From Halarcobacter sp. (GTDB lineage: Bacteria > Campylobacterota > Campylobacteria > Campylobacterales > Arcobacteraceae): a stretch of 64,000 bases of DNA. Location: contig OY781089.1 of NCBI GenBank assembly GCA_963676565.1, positions 192,001 to 256,000 on the forward strand. Direction: 5' to 3'. Positions 10,051 through 20,449 of this stretch are shown here, in pieces. Below the pieces are notes generated by a model. It saw only the letters and a program-made list of their open reading frames with translations, was not told the DNA's origin and did not search any database. The position numbers and the translations under genes were made by a program. The number at the start of each line of letters is the position of its first letter. Within the stretch, counting starts at the first letter, position 1.

Positions 10051-10949
10051 AAATTATATCTTTTTTCTAGTTCAAAATAATTTTCAAAAAATCTATTTAA
10101 ATCTTCTAAACTCTCATCTTCAATAACAAAAATAGCATCAACTTTTAAAATATTTATTATTCTTAGGGCATTTTTTGCTTTTAAATTTTGTGGGTTTTTA
10201 CCTTTTTCAAAGAAAAACTTTCTTGATGAGGCATCTGCATCTTTTGCATAAATACCTAAGTTATCAATAAAAATATTATCTGACATATCAATAATTTTTA
10301 CTTTCTTCTTAATTGCTGGATTAAAACTAACTATAACATCCCATGCTTTTTTTGTAATAACCCCGTAGTCTGATTTCCCAAAAAATACACTAAAAATGAC
10401 TCTTCTATCATTTTTTTCTTTCTTTAATTCCCCTAAAAGTTTATCTGATGATTTTTCATTTAGAATTAAAGAGTTTTTATCAAGCCAAATTTTTGCAATT
10501 TTATCATCGGCTTTTAAAACTAGCTTTTTATTTTTTAAATCTTTAAAACCTTTTAATTCTTTTTCTCCATTTGCAATTAGGTAATATCTTGATCTTTTCT
10601 TTTTACTTAAAGATATCCCCCATTTTTTATATGTCAAAGGGTCTAATACATCTTTATTTCTAAAATATGTCACTGCATCTAAAATAATTGTGTCCATTTT
10701 TTTGTTTATATAATCTTTTAAAATTGCTTCATTTTCATTGTAGATTTTAAGCTGTATTTTCATTTTTTCAGTTTTTGCAATTTCTGTTAACCATGAATTC
10801 ATAGCAACATTTCTATCTTTAAATTTTGATAAAATTCCTGCACCACTTGAGATACCAATGTTAGTTTCATAGATATAATTTATTTTTTCTGCAGAAAAGG
10901 AAAATATATTCAAAAAAAATATTATTGTAAAAATTCTAATTATTTTCAT
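10047..10949 (-). CDS. Periplasmic substrate-binding-like protein (PhnD/SsuA/transferrin-like)
   Basis: Signal peptide; YYLIAN...FKDLKNKKL, VIFSVFFGKSD, WDVIVSFNPAIKK; AGGAGA RBS. Confidence 0.7.
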   Translation of the reverse strand: MKIIRIFTIIFFLNIFSFSAEKINYIYETNIGISSGAGILSKFKDRNVAMNSWLTEIAKTEKMKIQLKIYNENEAILKDYINKKMDTIILDAVTYFRNKDVLDPLTYKKWGISLSKKKRSRYYLIANGEKELKGFKDLKNKKLVLKADDKIAKIWLDKNSLILNEKSSDKLLGELKKEKNDRRVIFSVFFGKSDYGVITKKAWDVIVSFNPAIKKKVKIIDMSDNIFIDNLGIYAKDADASSRKFFFEKGKNPQNLKAKNALRIINILKVDAIFVIEDESLEDLNRFFENYFELEKRYNL

Positions 10950-11087
10950 CTATTCTCCTATTTATTATTAAAAAAATTATAGCATTTTTGAGATTATAAA
11001 TGTTTATTCATTAATTATTTGTAAAGCAAAATATATTTCAAATTGAAGATTTGATATAATCGTATTTTATAATAAGGGATAAAATTA

Positions 11088-12212
11088 ATGCAATTTAATA
11101 TTGATGCAAATGCAAATAAAGCTAGAGCTTGTACAATTAAAACAGCTCATAGTACAATAGAAACACCAGTTTTCATGCCAGTAGGAACACAAGCAACAGT
11201 AAAGGCTCTTGATGCCAATGATATGTTAAGCATGGGTGCAAAAATCATACTTGGAAATACTTATCATCTTTATTTAAGACCAGGAAGTAAATTAATCAAA
11301 AAATTTGGTGGACTTCATGGCTTTTCAAAATTTCCAAATTCTTTTTTAACAGATAGTGGTGGGTTTCAAGCATTTTCTTTAAGTGATAATAGTAAACCTG
11401 ATGAGAATGGAATTATGTTTAAATCACATATTGATGGTTCGAAGCATTACTTTACACCACAAAGTGTACTTGATACACAATACGATTTAGGAAGCGATAT
11501 TATGATGATCTTAGATGATTTAGTAGCTCTTCCAAATACAAAAGAGAGAATTAAAAAATCCATTGAAAGAACAACAAAATGGGCAAAAGAAGCAATTGAA
11601 TATCATAAAAGCCAGCAAGCAAAAGGGATTGGAGTAAATCAAAATATCTTTGCAATTATTCAAGGTGGTACAGATAAAGAGTTTAGAAAAATGAGTGCCG
11701 AACAACTTTGTGCTTTAGAGGATTTCGATGGCTATGCAATTGGTGGACTAAGTGTTGGTGAACCAAACCAAGATATGTATGATACAGTTGAATGGACAAC
11801 GCAATTTATGCCAGAAAATAAGCCAAGATATCTTATGGGAGTTGGAACACCTGAAGATTTAATAGAAAATATTGAGCGTGGTGTTGATATGTTTGACTGT
11901 GTAATGCCTACAAGAAATGCAAGGAATGGGACACTTTTTACTAGTTTTGGAAGAGTAAATATCAAAAAAGCAAGCTTTAAAGAGGATGAAAAACCAATTG
12001 ATGAAGAGTGTACTTGTTATACTTGTCAAAACTTTACAAGAGCATATATGAACCATTTATTTAGAGCAGGAGAGATTACATATTTTAGACTTGCATCATT
12101 ACACAATATCCATTACTATTTAAACTTAATGAAACAAGCAAGAGCTGCAATATTAGCTAACAAGTGGGATGAATTTAAAAAGGAATTTTATTCAAAAAGA
12201 GGTGTAAATTAA
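11088..12212 (+). CDS. tgt: tRNA-guanine transglycosylase
   Basis: [36 protein letters not shown], Zn motif CTCYTC. Confidence 0.97.
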   Translation: MQFNIDANANKARACTIKTAHSTIETPVFMPVGTQATVKALDANDMLSMGAKIILGNTYHLYLRPGSKLIKKFGGLHGFSKFPNSFLTDSGGFQAFSLSDNSKPDENGIMFKSHIDGSKHYFTPQSVLDTQYDLGSDIMMILDDLVALPNTKERIKKSIERTTKWAKEAIEYHKSQQAKGIGVNQNIFAIIQGGTDKEFRKMSAEQLCALEDFDGYAIGGLSVGEPNQDMYDTVEWTTQFMPENKPRYLMGVGTPEDLIENIERGVDMFDCVMPTRNARNGTLFTSFGRVNIKKASFKEDEKPIDEECTCYTCQNFTRAYMNHLFRAGEITYFRLASLHNIHYYLNLMKQARAAILANKWDEFKKEFYSKRGVN

Positions 12213-12276
12213 AGCTTTAAACTCTTTTTCGATAAAATATTAGCCATTTTAATACTTAAAAGTATAAAGGAAAATA

Positions 12277-12567
12277 ATGACAGTTGATGATAAGTTAATT
12301 GATAAATTAGCAAAACTTTCAAGTTTAGAGATTGATGATTCTAAAAAAGAGGGTTTAAAATCAGAACTTGCTGATATTATTAATTTTGTTGAAAATTTAA
12401 ATGAGATTGATGTATCAGATATTGAAGCTACATTTAGCACAATAGAAGGTGGTACCCCTTTAAGAGAGGATGAATCTAAACAAGATTTAGAGATGTCTAA
12501 GCATATCTTAAAACATGCACCACAAAGTGAAGAAGGGTATTTTATAGTACCAAAAATTATAGAATAG
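12277..12567 (+). CDS. gatC: Asp/Glu-tRNA amidotransferase subunit C
   Basis: LAKLSSL...TPLRED...APQSEEGYFIVPKIIE signature. Confidence 0.93.
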   Translation: MTVDDKLIDKLAKLSSLEIDDSKKEGLKSELADIINFVENLNEIDVSDIEATFSTIEGGTPLREDESKQDLEMSKHILKHAPQSEEGYFIVPKIIE

Positions 12568-12575
12568 GACTAATA

Positions 12576-12920
12576 ATGAATATTACTGTTTATGGAATTA
12601 AAACATGCGGTAGTGTTAGAAATGCACTTAAATTTTTTAAAGAAAACAATATAGAAGTAGATTTTTTTGATTTTAAAAAAGAAACTCCTAGTGCCCAAAA
12701 AGTTAAAACTTGGACACAAAAAGCAGATATAAATATTCTATTTAATTCAAAAGGTACAAAATATAAAAACTTAGGATTAAAAGAGTTAAATCTTGATGAA
12801 AATGGTAAATATGAATGGTTGGTTAAAGAACCTATGCTATTTAAAAGACCAGTAATTGAATATGATGATAAAGTTTTAGTTGCTTGGAATGAAGAAATTT
12901 ATAAAGATACTTTTTTATAA
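12576..12920 (+). CDS. ArsC/Spx/YffB-family thioredoxin-fold protein
   Basis: YGIKTCGSVRNA at the N terminus and PMLFKRPVI near the C terminus. Confidence 0.85.
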   Translation: MNITVYGIKTCGSVRNALKFFKENNIEVDFFDFKKETPSAQKVKTWTQKADINILFNSKGTKYKNLGLKELNLDENGKYEWLVKEPMLFKRPVIEYDDKVLVAWNEEIYKDTFL

Positions 12921-12932
12921 AAGTATCTTTAT
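12901..12932. terminator. Probable bidirectional hairpin terminator between convergent genes
   Basis: ATAAAGATACTTTT-ttat-AAAAGTATCTTTAT inverted repeat. Confidence 0.55.
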
Positions 12933-13973
12933 CTACTCTATATTTATTTCAGGTTTATTTTCCACATTAAAAGTTTCTATAGAATATTGTCTATTTGAAT
13001 GTTTTAATAATATATAAGCTTTTTGTATTTCTGGATTTTTCAATAAAAAACTATCCTCTTTATCTATTTTAACATTTGTAAAACCAAATGATTTATACTG
13101 TTTTATTAACATATTTTTTATCTGCTCAAAAGATATCTCATACCTATCATCAATATTAATTTTATAACTATTTTCATTTTCTAGATACTCTATATCTTTT
13201 ACTTTCTCAATATTTTCAACACTTTTAGGCTGTTTACTCATTATAAATTCGTAGGTTACTGATAAAAAACCTATTGTAAATACTGTTATAAAAATATTTA
13301 AAAGGGATAAAAGAATACTTAGTTTAGAAGATATTAATCCCATTAAAAAATTTATTGCTAAGCCATAAACAAAACCTACAAGTAATCCTAATAGTACAGG
13401 AATTATAATAACACATACAAAAATTAAAAGTTTATACTCCTTTGAAATTTCAAAAGCATCCCCAAAACCCATAGGTTTATCAATAGCAATAGCAGGGAAA
13501 ACTAAAGAAACCCGTGAGAAAATAAGCCCTAAGAAAATTGAAATCACTATAGTGATAGCTAAAGTAAAATACAAACTAAACTCTTTTCCTAAAAAACTTC
13601 CCACTAATTTTTCAAATAATGACAATATAAAAAAGAATATTACTCCTAAAAATGCTAGAAGTAAACCTAAACCTATTGCTTTAAAAGCAAATGTTACTTC
13701 TCTACCTGTAAATTTATAAATACCCCACTTAGGAGTAGCATTTTCATCTAACAAAAGTATTCTATGAATTGTAATTGACATCACTATAGTTACTAAAAAA
13801 GATACTCCTACTAGTAAGTAGTAACTTGCACTACCTATTGTCTCTTTTACATCAGGGGTAGTAAAATACTCAATAATGCTTAATAATATAAAAGGTATTA
13901 ATAAACCTTTCATTAAACTATATTTTTTTTCAAAAATAGAATCAAAGGTTTTTTTAAATATGTTGAAATACAA
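12933..13973 (-). CDS. Hypothetical integral membrane protein (~6 TM plus soluble C terminus)
   Basis: Hydrophobic segments through about residue 245, then a hydrophilic tail; family not recognised. Confidence 0.6.
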   Translation of the reverse strand: MYFNIFKKTFDSIFEKKYSLMKGLLIPFILLSIIEYFTTPDVKETIGSASYYLLVGVSFLVTIVMSITIHRILLLDENATPKWGIYKFTGREVTFAFKAIGLGLLLAFLGVIFFFILSLFEKLVGSFLGKEFSLYFTLAITIVISIFLGLIFSRVSLVFPAIAIDKPMGFGDAFEISKEYKLLIFVCVIIIPVLLGLLVGFVYGLAINFLMGLISSKLSILLSLLNIFITVFTIGFLSVTYEFIMSKQPKSVENIEKVKDIEYLENENSYKINIDDRYEISFEQIKNMLIKQYKSFGFTNVKIDKEDSFLLKNPEIQKAYILLKHSNRQYSIETFNVENKPEINIE

Positions 13974-14094
13974 AGTAGTCCTTTTTTCATCTAATTTAAT
14001 TAGATTTATAAAATAATTTTAGACTATAATATATAATATAGAAGATTATGTTTAATTTTGTAAAAAAAGAAAGGTTATTCACCTCTCTTTTTAT

Positions 14095-15447
14095 TTAAGA
14101 TCTAGCTTCTTTTAAAGTTTCTGCTATCATAAATGATAATTCTAATGCTTGATCTGCATTTAATCTTGGATCACATTGTGTATGGTATCTACTAGCAAGT
14201 CCATCTGCTGTAATTGCTGAACTTTTACTTCCTGTACACTCTGTCACATTTTGTCCAGTCATTTCAAGGTGAATACCACCTGCAACTGTACCTTCTGCTT
14301 TATGAATTTGGAAGAACTGTTTTACTTCAGTTAAAATATTATCAAAGTCTCTAGTTTTATAACCATTTGGTGCTTTTTCAACATTTCCATGCATTGGATC
14401 TGATGACCATACAACATTTTTACCCTCTTCTTTTACTCTTTTTAAAAGATTTGGGAATTTGTCAGCAATTTTATCATGGCCCATTCTAACAATAAGATTT
14501 AATCTTCCTGCTTCATTTTCAGGGTTTAAAGCATCAATTAATTCGATTAATTCATCTTCTTGCATAGAAGGTCCAACTTTACATCCAATTGGATTATTTA
14601 TACCTCTAAAGTATTCTAAATGAGCCCCATCTAGTTGTCTTGTTCTATCACCTATCCATAACATATGAGCAGAACAATCATACCATTTACCACTTAATGA
14701 ATCTTTTCTTGTAAGAGCTTCTTCATAATTTAATAATAAAGCTTCATGGGAAGTATAAAGTACTGTTTCTCTTAATTGTGCTGTATTTTCACTTGTGATT
14801 CCACATGATTCCATGAATTTTAACGTTTCAGAAATTTTTACTGCTAATTGGTCATATTTTTCACCAAGTGCATTGTCTTTTACAAAATCTAAATTCCATG
14901 CATGAACTTTGTGTAAATCTGCCATACCACCTCTTGCAAATGCTCTAAGTAAATTTAATGTTGCAGCACTTTGATTATAAGCTTTTAAAAGTCTTTTTGC
15001 TTTTGGTGTTCTATCTTTTTCGGTAAAATCTACATTATTGATAATATCACCTCTATATGAAGGTAAGGCGATACCATTTATCTCTTCAAAATCAGCAGAT
15101 CTTGGTTTTGCAAATTGTCCTGCAATTCTTCCTACTTTTACAACTGGTTTTCCACCTGAAAAAGTTAAAACAACTGCCATTTGCATCATAACTTTAAATA
15201 AATCTTTTATATTATTTGCATCAAAAGCATTAAAAGATTCAGCACAATCTCCACCTTGAAGTAAAAATGCATCACCTTTAACTACATCTGCAAGTTTTGA
15301 TTTTAAAGTTTCGGCCTCTCCAGCAAAAATAAGTGGAGGATATGTCGCTAATTCTTTTTCAACTTTAGCAAGTTTCTCTAAATCTGTATATGTTGGTTGT
15401 TGTTTAATTGGAAAATCTCTCCAAGAGCTAGGATTCCAAGTATTCAT
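14095..15447 (-). CDS. Class II DAHP (3-deoxy-7-phosphoheptulonate) synthase
   Basis: [43 protein letters not shown]. Confidence 0.96.
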   Translation of the reverse strand: MNTWNPSSWRDFPIKQQPTYTDLEKLAKVEKELATYPPLIFAGEAETLKSKLADVVKGDAFLLQGGDCAESFNAFDANNIKDLFKVMMQMAVVLTFSGGKPVVKVGRIAGQFAKPRSADFEEINGIALPSYRGDIINNVDFTEKDRTPKAKRLLKAYNQSAATLNLLRAFARGGMADLHKVHAWNLDFVKDNALGEKYDQLAVKISETLKFMESCGITSENTAQLRETVLYTSHEALLLNYEEALTRKDSLSGKWYDCSAHMLWIGDRTRQLDGAHLEYFRGINNPIGCKVGPSMQEDELIELIDALNPENEAGRLNLIVRMGHDKIADKFPNLLKRVKEEGKNVVWSSDPMHGNVEKAPNGYKTRDFDNILTEVKQFFQIHKAEGTVAGGIHLEMTGQNVTECTGSKSSAITADGLASRYHTQCDPRLNADQALELSFMIAETLKEARS

Positions 15448-15540
15448 AGCTTATCCTTATTTTTAAATAGAGATGATTTTATCTAAAATATTCTTAAGCT
15501 AGATAGTACAAACCCAAAGCTTAGCCTCGGGTTTATTTAA

Positions 15541-16536
15541 TTAGTTTTTTTGAAGTTTTTGTAATAGGTCTTTAAATGACTCTTTAAATGACTCTAATCC
15601 ATCATTTAATAATTTCTCATATATAGCATCAATATCAATTTGACTTGATTTCATTGTTTTGAAAAACTCATCACACTCACTCTCACTAATGATTTCACTA
15701 GCCTCTTTTGAACCATTTTCTAGCCATTCATCGATTGTTGCTAGTGGAGCAGTATTAACAGAGTTTGGATAGATTAAACTATCTACATAATAACTTCCTG
15801 GCAAGTCATCACCTTTTACACCTGTACTTGCAAATAAAGTTCTAATATTTTCATTAGCAAATTTTTCAACTTCATGGTAACATTTAGCTGCATTTACAAT
15901 TCCAAGTCTTCCTGTTTTTAAACCCTTTGCTCTAAATTCAGAATCACACATTCTATCAAATCTAGAAACAAATACAGAGATAACTGCCTTAATATCTTTA
16001 TTTGATGCTTTAATCCCTTCATTTAAAGCTTTTGCACACTCTTTTGCTTGTTCAGGAGAGAATATTAAAGTAGCATTTACATGAATTCCTGCACTTGTTA
16101 ATTCTTTCATAGCTTCATAACCAGCTTTTGTTGCTGGAACTTTAATCATTACATTTTCAGCACCAATTTGAGAATTTAATCTCATACCCTCTTCAATAGT
16201 TGCCTTAGCATCATCGCATAAAGCAGGATCTACTTCAATTGAGATAAATCCATCGTTAGTATTGTCTAAATAAAGGTCATTTAATAATTCTGCTGCTCTT
16301 TTAATATCTGTAATAGCAAGCTCTTCGTAAATAACTTTCGGCTCATTTGCCTTTAACATTTCAAACTGCTGTCCATAGGCAACAGAGTTTGTAATTGAAG
16401 ATTCAAATATTGCAGGATTCGATGTTGCACCATGAATAACTTCATCTTTGATAAGAGTTTGAAATCTGTTTTCTAAGAAATCTCTTTCTATAAAATCACA
16501 CCATAATGAAAAATTTATATCCTCTTTTAAACTCAT
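15541..16536 (-). CDS. tal: Transaldolase
   Basis: ATSNPAIF, MIKVPAT (Schiff-base Lys), NATLIFS, SVFVSRFD, LFASTGVK. Confidence 0.95.
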   Translation of the reverse strand: MSLKEDINFSLWCDFIERDFLENRFQTLIKDEVIHGATSNPAIFESSITNSVAYGQQFEMLKANEPKVIYEELAITDIKRAAELLNDLYLDNTNDGFISIEVDPALCDDAKATIEEGMRLNSQIGAENVMIKVPATKAGYEAMKELTSAGIHVNATLIFSPEQAKECAKALNEGIKASNKDIKAVISVFVSRFDRMCDSEFRAKGLKTGRLGIVNAAKCYHEVEKFANENIRTLFASTGVKGDDLPGSYYVDSLIYPNSVNTAPLATIDEWLENGSKEASEIISESECDEFFKTMKSSQIDIDAIYEKLLNDGLESFKESFKDLLQKLQKN

Positions 16537-16656
16537 ATTTTTCCTTTTAATAATCCCTATTAAAAGGGACTTTTTTAATTTCTAATTTCTTTTATCGAAA
16601 GAAATAAATTCTTTCTAAAGAAACAAATCTAAAGAGCGTCAGAAGACGCTTTGTAA

Positions 16657-17277
16657 TTAAATATAGTCTAATATCTTTGTTAAATCTTTTTCATCAACAA
16701 TGATATTAGCTTCTTTTTTTAAAATATCTTTTGCACAAAAAGCAACTCTTTTTGATGCATATGGGAACATTGAAACATCATTTGCCCCATCCCCAGCAAC
16801 TAAAGTATTTTCTTTAGTCACACCTAGCATTGATTGAACCCTTTGAATCATATCACCCTTAGAAAAACCAAACATCATATCTCCACCAACAAGACCAGTT
16901 AAAATACCATCTTTTTCGTGTAAAATATTTGAAAAGTCTGCATCTAAACCTAACTTTTCTTTAGCTGGTGAGGTTCCAATCCTAAAACCACCTGAGAAAC
17001 AAACCACTTTATAATCTTGCTTTTTAAGTTCACTAACTAATTCGTAAGCACCTGGCATCAAAGGTAAATCTTTACAAATCTCTACAGCTTTAGAATACTC
17101 TAAACCTTTTAATAAAGATACCCTTTCAACTAGAGACTCGAAAAAGTCAAGTTCTCCAGCCATTGCTTTTTCAGTAATACTTGCAACTTTTTCTTCAAGA
17201 CCCAAAGGCTTTGCTAAAAAATCGATAGTTTCACCATCCATAAGTGTTGAATCAAAATCAAAAACAGCTAATTTCAT
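16657..17277 (-). CDS. serB: Phosphoserine phosphatase
   Basis: HAD motifs FDFDSTL, SGGF, GDGAND. Confidence 0.93.
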   Translation of the reverse strand: MKLAVFDFDSTLMDGETIDFLAKPLGLEEKVASITEKAMAGELDFFESLVERVSLLKGLEYSKAVEICKDLPLMPGAYELVSELKKQDYKVVCFSGGFRIGTSPAKEKLGLDADFSNILHEKDGILTGLVGGDMMFGFSKGDMIQRVQSMLGVTKENTLVAGDGANDVSMFPYASKRVAFCAKDILKKEANIIVDEKDLTKILDYI

Positions 17278-17344
17278 ACTTAGTTTTCCTAGATTTATTT
17301 TTTTGAAGGTATAATAGTATCCAAATTTATCTAAAGGATACTAT

Positions 17345-17728
17345 TTGAAGCTAGCTTCTATTGATATTGGACTTAAAAGAATTGGCGTTGCCATCAGTCT
17401 TACAGGTACAATTGTAACACCCCAAAATGCTATTTTAAGAAAAAATAGAAACCAAGCAGCAAATGATGTAAATAGTTTTTTAAAAGAATGGGAGATAGAA
17501 AAACTTATTGTTGGATTTCCTAGTGCAAGTGATGATATGCAAAAAAGAATTGCTCACTTTGTAAAACTACTTGAACTTGAAATCCCTTATGAGTTTCAAG
17601 AAGAGAATATGAGTTCTATTGAAGCTGAAGAACTTATGAGAGGTGATATAAAATATAAAAGAGATGGAAGAGTTGATTCCCTTGCAGCTAAAATAATACT
17701 TGAGAGATTTTTAGCCAAAAAAGATTAA
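17345..17728 (+). CDS. ruvX: YqgF/RuvX-family RNase H-like nuclease
   Basis: IDIGLKRIGVA, VGFP, DSLAAKIILERFL; TTG start after AAGGA. Confidence 0.9.
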   Translation: MKLASIDIGLKRIGVAISLTGTIVTPQNAILRKNRNQAANDVNSFLKEWEIEKLIVGFPSASDDMQKRIAHFVKLLELEIPYEFQEENMSSIEAEELMRGDIKYKRDGRVDSLAAKIILERFLAKKD

Positions 17729-18087
17729 TTTTTTTTACTCTTTTTTTCTATATTAACTACAGCTATTGCAAAACCTGCATCATGACTTATTGAAAGGTAT
17801 GATTTTTTTATATTAAATTTTTTTCTAATCTCTTTTTTGTATTTAATTTTTGGAGCACCTTTTTTATCTTTTTTTATTTTTATATCATGAAAAGAACACT
17901 CTTTACCAATTCCTGTACCAATAGCTTTACTTGCTGCTTCCTTTGCTGCCCAAAATCCAGCAGCAGTTTCAGGTCGTTTAATTAATTGTATTTCATCTTC
18001 ATCTAAAAACCTTTGATATGCTTTTAAACCAAACTTTTCATACATATTTTTTATTCTATTTACTGAAGTTACATCTATTCCAATCAT
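17725..18087 (-). CDS. acpS: Holo-[acyl-carrier-protein] synthase
   Basis: MIGIDV, WAAKEAASKA, SISHD. Start placed at ATG 18087, which removes the overlap with the divergent gene. Confidence 0.93.
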   Translation of the reverse strand: MIGIDVTSVNRIKNMYEKFGLKAYQRFLDEDEIQLIKRPETAAGFWAAKEAASKAIGTGIGKECSFHDIKIKKDKKGAPKIKYKKEIRKKFNIKKSYLSISHDAGFAIAVVNIEKKSKKN

Positions 18088-18118
18088 TATTAACCTGTCT
18101 TTTTGTATAATCTGCTTT

Positions 18119-19078
18119 ATGAAATTATTTATTAGAAAAGTATTATACCTTATCATCATGTTATTTATTATTAGCCTTATTTCATTTATGGCTATTCATC
18201 TTGCACCTAATTCATTTTTTGCAAGTGGGGAATTAAATCCTAATATTACACAAGAATCAATTGAGCAATTAAAAGCTATATATGGTTTAGACAAACCTTT
18301 ATATATTCAATTCTTTTCTTGGGTAGCAGCTATAGTACAACTTGACTTTGGTATATCTTTTGCAAGTGGAGAGATGGTTAAAAATGAGATTCTTGATAGA
18401 ATTCCAATTACTTTAACTATAAATATAATTTCAATGTTTTTAATATTTGTTATATCTTTATATCTTGGGATAAAAGCAGCACTAAATAAAGATAGTAAAT
18501 TAGATAGAGGTATTGGTCAATTATCACTTTTAAGTTTTTCGATGCCATCATTTTATCTAGCACTACTTTTAGTTTTAGTATTTGCCATAAACTTTGAGAT
18601 TTTACCAATTGCTGGACTTCATTCTGTACCAGATGATGGAAGTTTAACCTATTATTTAGATTTTGCTTGGCATTTGATTTTACCAATTTTTATTATAGTA
18701 TTTGGTGGTATTGGAAGTTTAATTTTATATATTAGATCACTTACCATTGAAATATTAAAATCAGATTATATATTTTTTGCAAAATCTAGAGGCTTAGATA
18801 AAAAAAAGATTTTAAGATATTATATTTTACCAAATTTGTACCCTCCTGTTATCACCTTACTTGGACTTTCACTTCCAGGAATTATTGGCGGCTCAGTGAT
18901 TTTAGAGTCAATTTTTTCAATTGATGGGATGGGATTATTGTTTTACCAAAGTGCTTTAAGTCACGATTATCCAGTTATTATGGGGATTTTGATAATTGGG
19001 GCATTTTTAACACTGCTAGGAAATATGTTAGCAGATTTAGTTTTATTAAAATTGAACCCAAATTATGATGGGAAATAA
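18119..19078 (+). CDS. Peptide/nickel ABC transporter permease (DppB/OppB type)
   Basis: YGLDKPLYIQ, LDFGISF, EAA-like loop DYIFFAKSRGL, ESIFSIDGMG, DYPVIMG. Confidence 0.9.
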   Translation: MKLFIRKVLYLIIMLFIISLISFMAIHLAPNSFFASGELNPNITQESIEQLKAIYGLDKPLYIQFFSWVAAIVQLDFGISFASGEMVKNEILDRIPITLTINIISMFLIFVISLYLGIKAALNKDSKLDRGIGQLSLLSFSMPSFYLALLLVLVFAINFEILPIAGLHSVPDDGSLTYYLDFAWHLILPIFIIVFGGIGSLILYIRSLTIEILKSDYIFFAKSRGLDKKKILRYYILPNLYPPVITLLGLSLPGIIGGSVILESIFSIDGMGLLFYQSALSHDYPVIMGILIIGAFLTLLGNMLADLVLLKLNPNYDGK

Positions 19079-19098
19079 ATTTATTTTGAGGAAAATAG

Positions 19099-19917
19099 TT
19101 GATTATAATTAAGACAGTTGAACAACTGCAAGAGATTAGAAAAAATATAAATGGCACTGTTGGTTTTGTTCCAACAATGGGAGCACTTCACAATGGCCAT
19201 ATCTCTTTAATAAAAAAAGCAAGAGAAGAAAATGAAATTGTAATAGTTTCTATTTTTGTAAACCCAACACAGTTTTTACCAGGTGAGGATTTAGATGCTT
19301 ATCCTAGACGCACCGAGGCAGATAAAAAAATTTGTGAAATGTGTAAGGTAGATTATCTTTTTATGCCTGAAATCTCTACTATGTATAGTGAAGAAGAGGT
19401 TTTAATTAAAGCTCCAAATAAAAGCTTTATATTAGAAGGGAAAAGTAGACCTGGACATTTTGATGGTGTTTTACAAGTGGTTTTAAAACTATTTGGAATA
19501 GTTCAACCAACAAATGCCTACTTTGGGAAAAAAGATGCACAACAATTAAGTTTAATACAACAAATGGTAAAAAATCTATTTTTACCAGTAAATATTATTG
19601 CATGTGATATTGTTAGAGAATCTGATGGCTTAGCACTTAGTTCTAGAAATGTTTATTTGGATGAAACCCAAAGAAAAGATGCTCTTTTAATTTCAAAATC
19701 ACTTTATAGTGCCGCTTCATTAATTGCAAAAAATGTTTTTGATGTAAATATTATCAAAGATAGAATTTATGAAGTTATGGAAAAACTTGATGTTGAATAT
19801 GTAGCAATAGTTGATAGAGAGTTTAATGAGATAAAAACTATTCAAAGGGGCAATACTATAATTCTAGTTGTTGCTAGATTTGGAAATACTAGATTATTAG
19901 ATAATATCTGGCTTTAA
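19099..19917 (+). CDS. panC: Pantoate-beta-alanine ligase
   Basis: [47 protein letters not shown]. Confidence 0.97.
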   Translation: MIIIKTVEQLQEIRKNINGTVGFVPTMGALHNGHISLIKKAREENEIVIVSIFVNPTQFLPGEDLDAYPRRTEADKKICEMCKVDYLFMPEISTMYSEEEVLIKAPNKSFILEGKSRPGHFDGVLQVVLKLFGIVQPTNAYFGKKDAQQLSLIQQMVKNLFLPVNIIACDIVRESDGLALSSRNVYLDETQRKDALLISKSLYSAASLIAKNVFDVNIIKDRIYEVMEKLDVEYVAIVDREFNEIKTIQRGNTIILVVARFGNTRLLDNIWL

Positions 19918-19942
19918 AGAAAACTCATTAAGAGTTTTCTTT
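19917..19942. terminator. Probable bidirectional hairpin terminator
   Basis: AAGAAAACTC-atta-AGAGTTTTCTT-like inverted repeat between convergent genes. Confidence 0.5.
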
Positions 19943-19944
19943 AT

Positions 19945-20328
19945 TTATTGATTCTTTAGCCACGTTATAGCATCTTCTTCATTTTCAAAAAACTTAACTT
20001 CGCCACTTATAAACCAAGAAGCAATTTTTGAAATATACTCTTGCCATTTTTCATTGCCATATATTGCGATTTGTTCAAACTCACTACCATGTTTTAAACC
20101 TAATTTAAAATCATCCCAAACAGCTCTTAACTCCCAACCTTCTAATTGAGTAATATCTATCAAAGCTTTTATTTTTGCATCAGTTACCCCAACTAATGCA
20201 TTATCAATCATAGGATTGATTTTTTCATAATCTTCATGGGTTAATTTTCCTACAGCTTTTAAAAGTAAAAAAAACTCATCATCTACCCTATTTATACCTA
20301 TACTAAGGCCATGTTTATATAATTTCAT
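19945..20328 (-). CDS. STAS/SEC14 (SpoIIAA-like) domain protein
   Basis: GKLTHEDY, GWELRAVWDD, EQIAIYG, EVKFFE..EDAITWL pattern. Confidence 0.85.
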   Translation of the reverse strand: MKLYKHGLSIGINRVDDEFFLLLKAVGKLTHEDYEKINPMIDNALVGVTDAKIKALIDITQLEGWELRAVWDDFKLGLKHGSEFEQIAIYGNEKWQEYISKIASWFISGEVKFFENEEDAITWLKNQ

Positions 20329-20449
20329 AACATCCTCCTTCTAAGTATCTTATCATCTAATTATATCCAAAGTACTAAATTTTTTATATAAACTTATACA
20401 TTAAAAAAATATGATAAAATTGCAAAAAAATTAAGGCAATATTTTATTT

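Noticed and set aside
570..10949. Phosphonate ABC transport (phn) operon
   Set aside because: No PhnC ATPase, PhnE permease or C-P lyase genes; the binding-protein genes are paired with kinases instead.
12576..12920. Second true arsenate reductase
   Set aside because: It has a single Cys, is of the YffB/Spx-like type, and sits in a housekeeping context after gatC, away from the ars operon.
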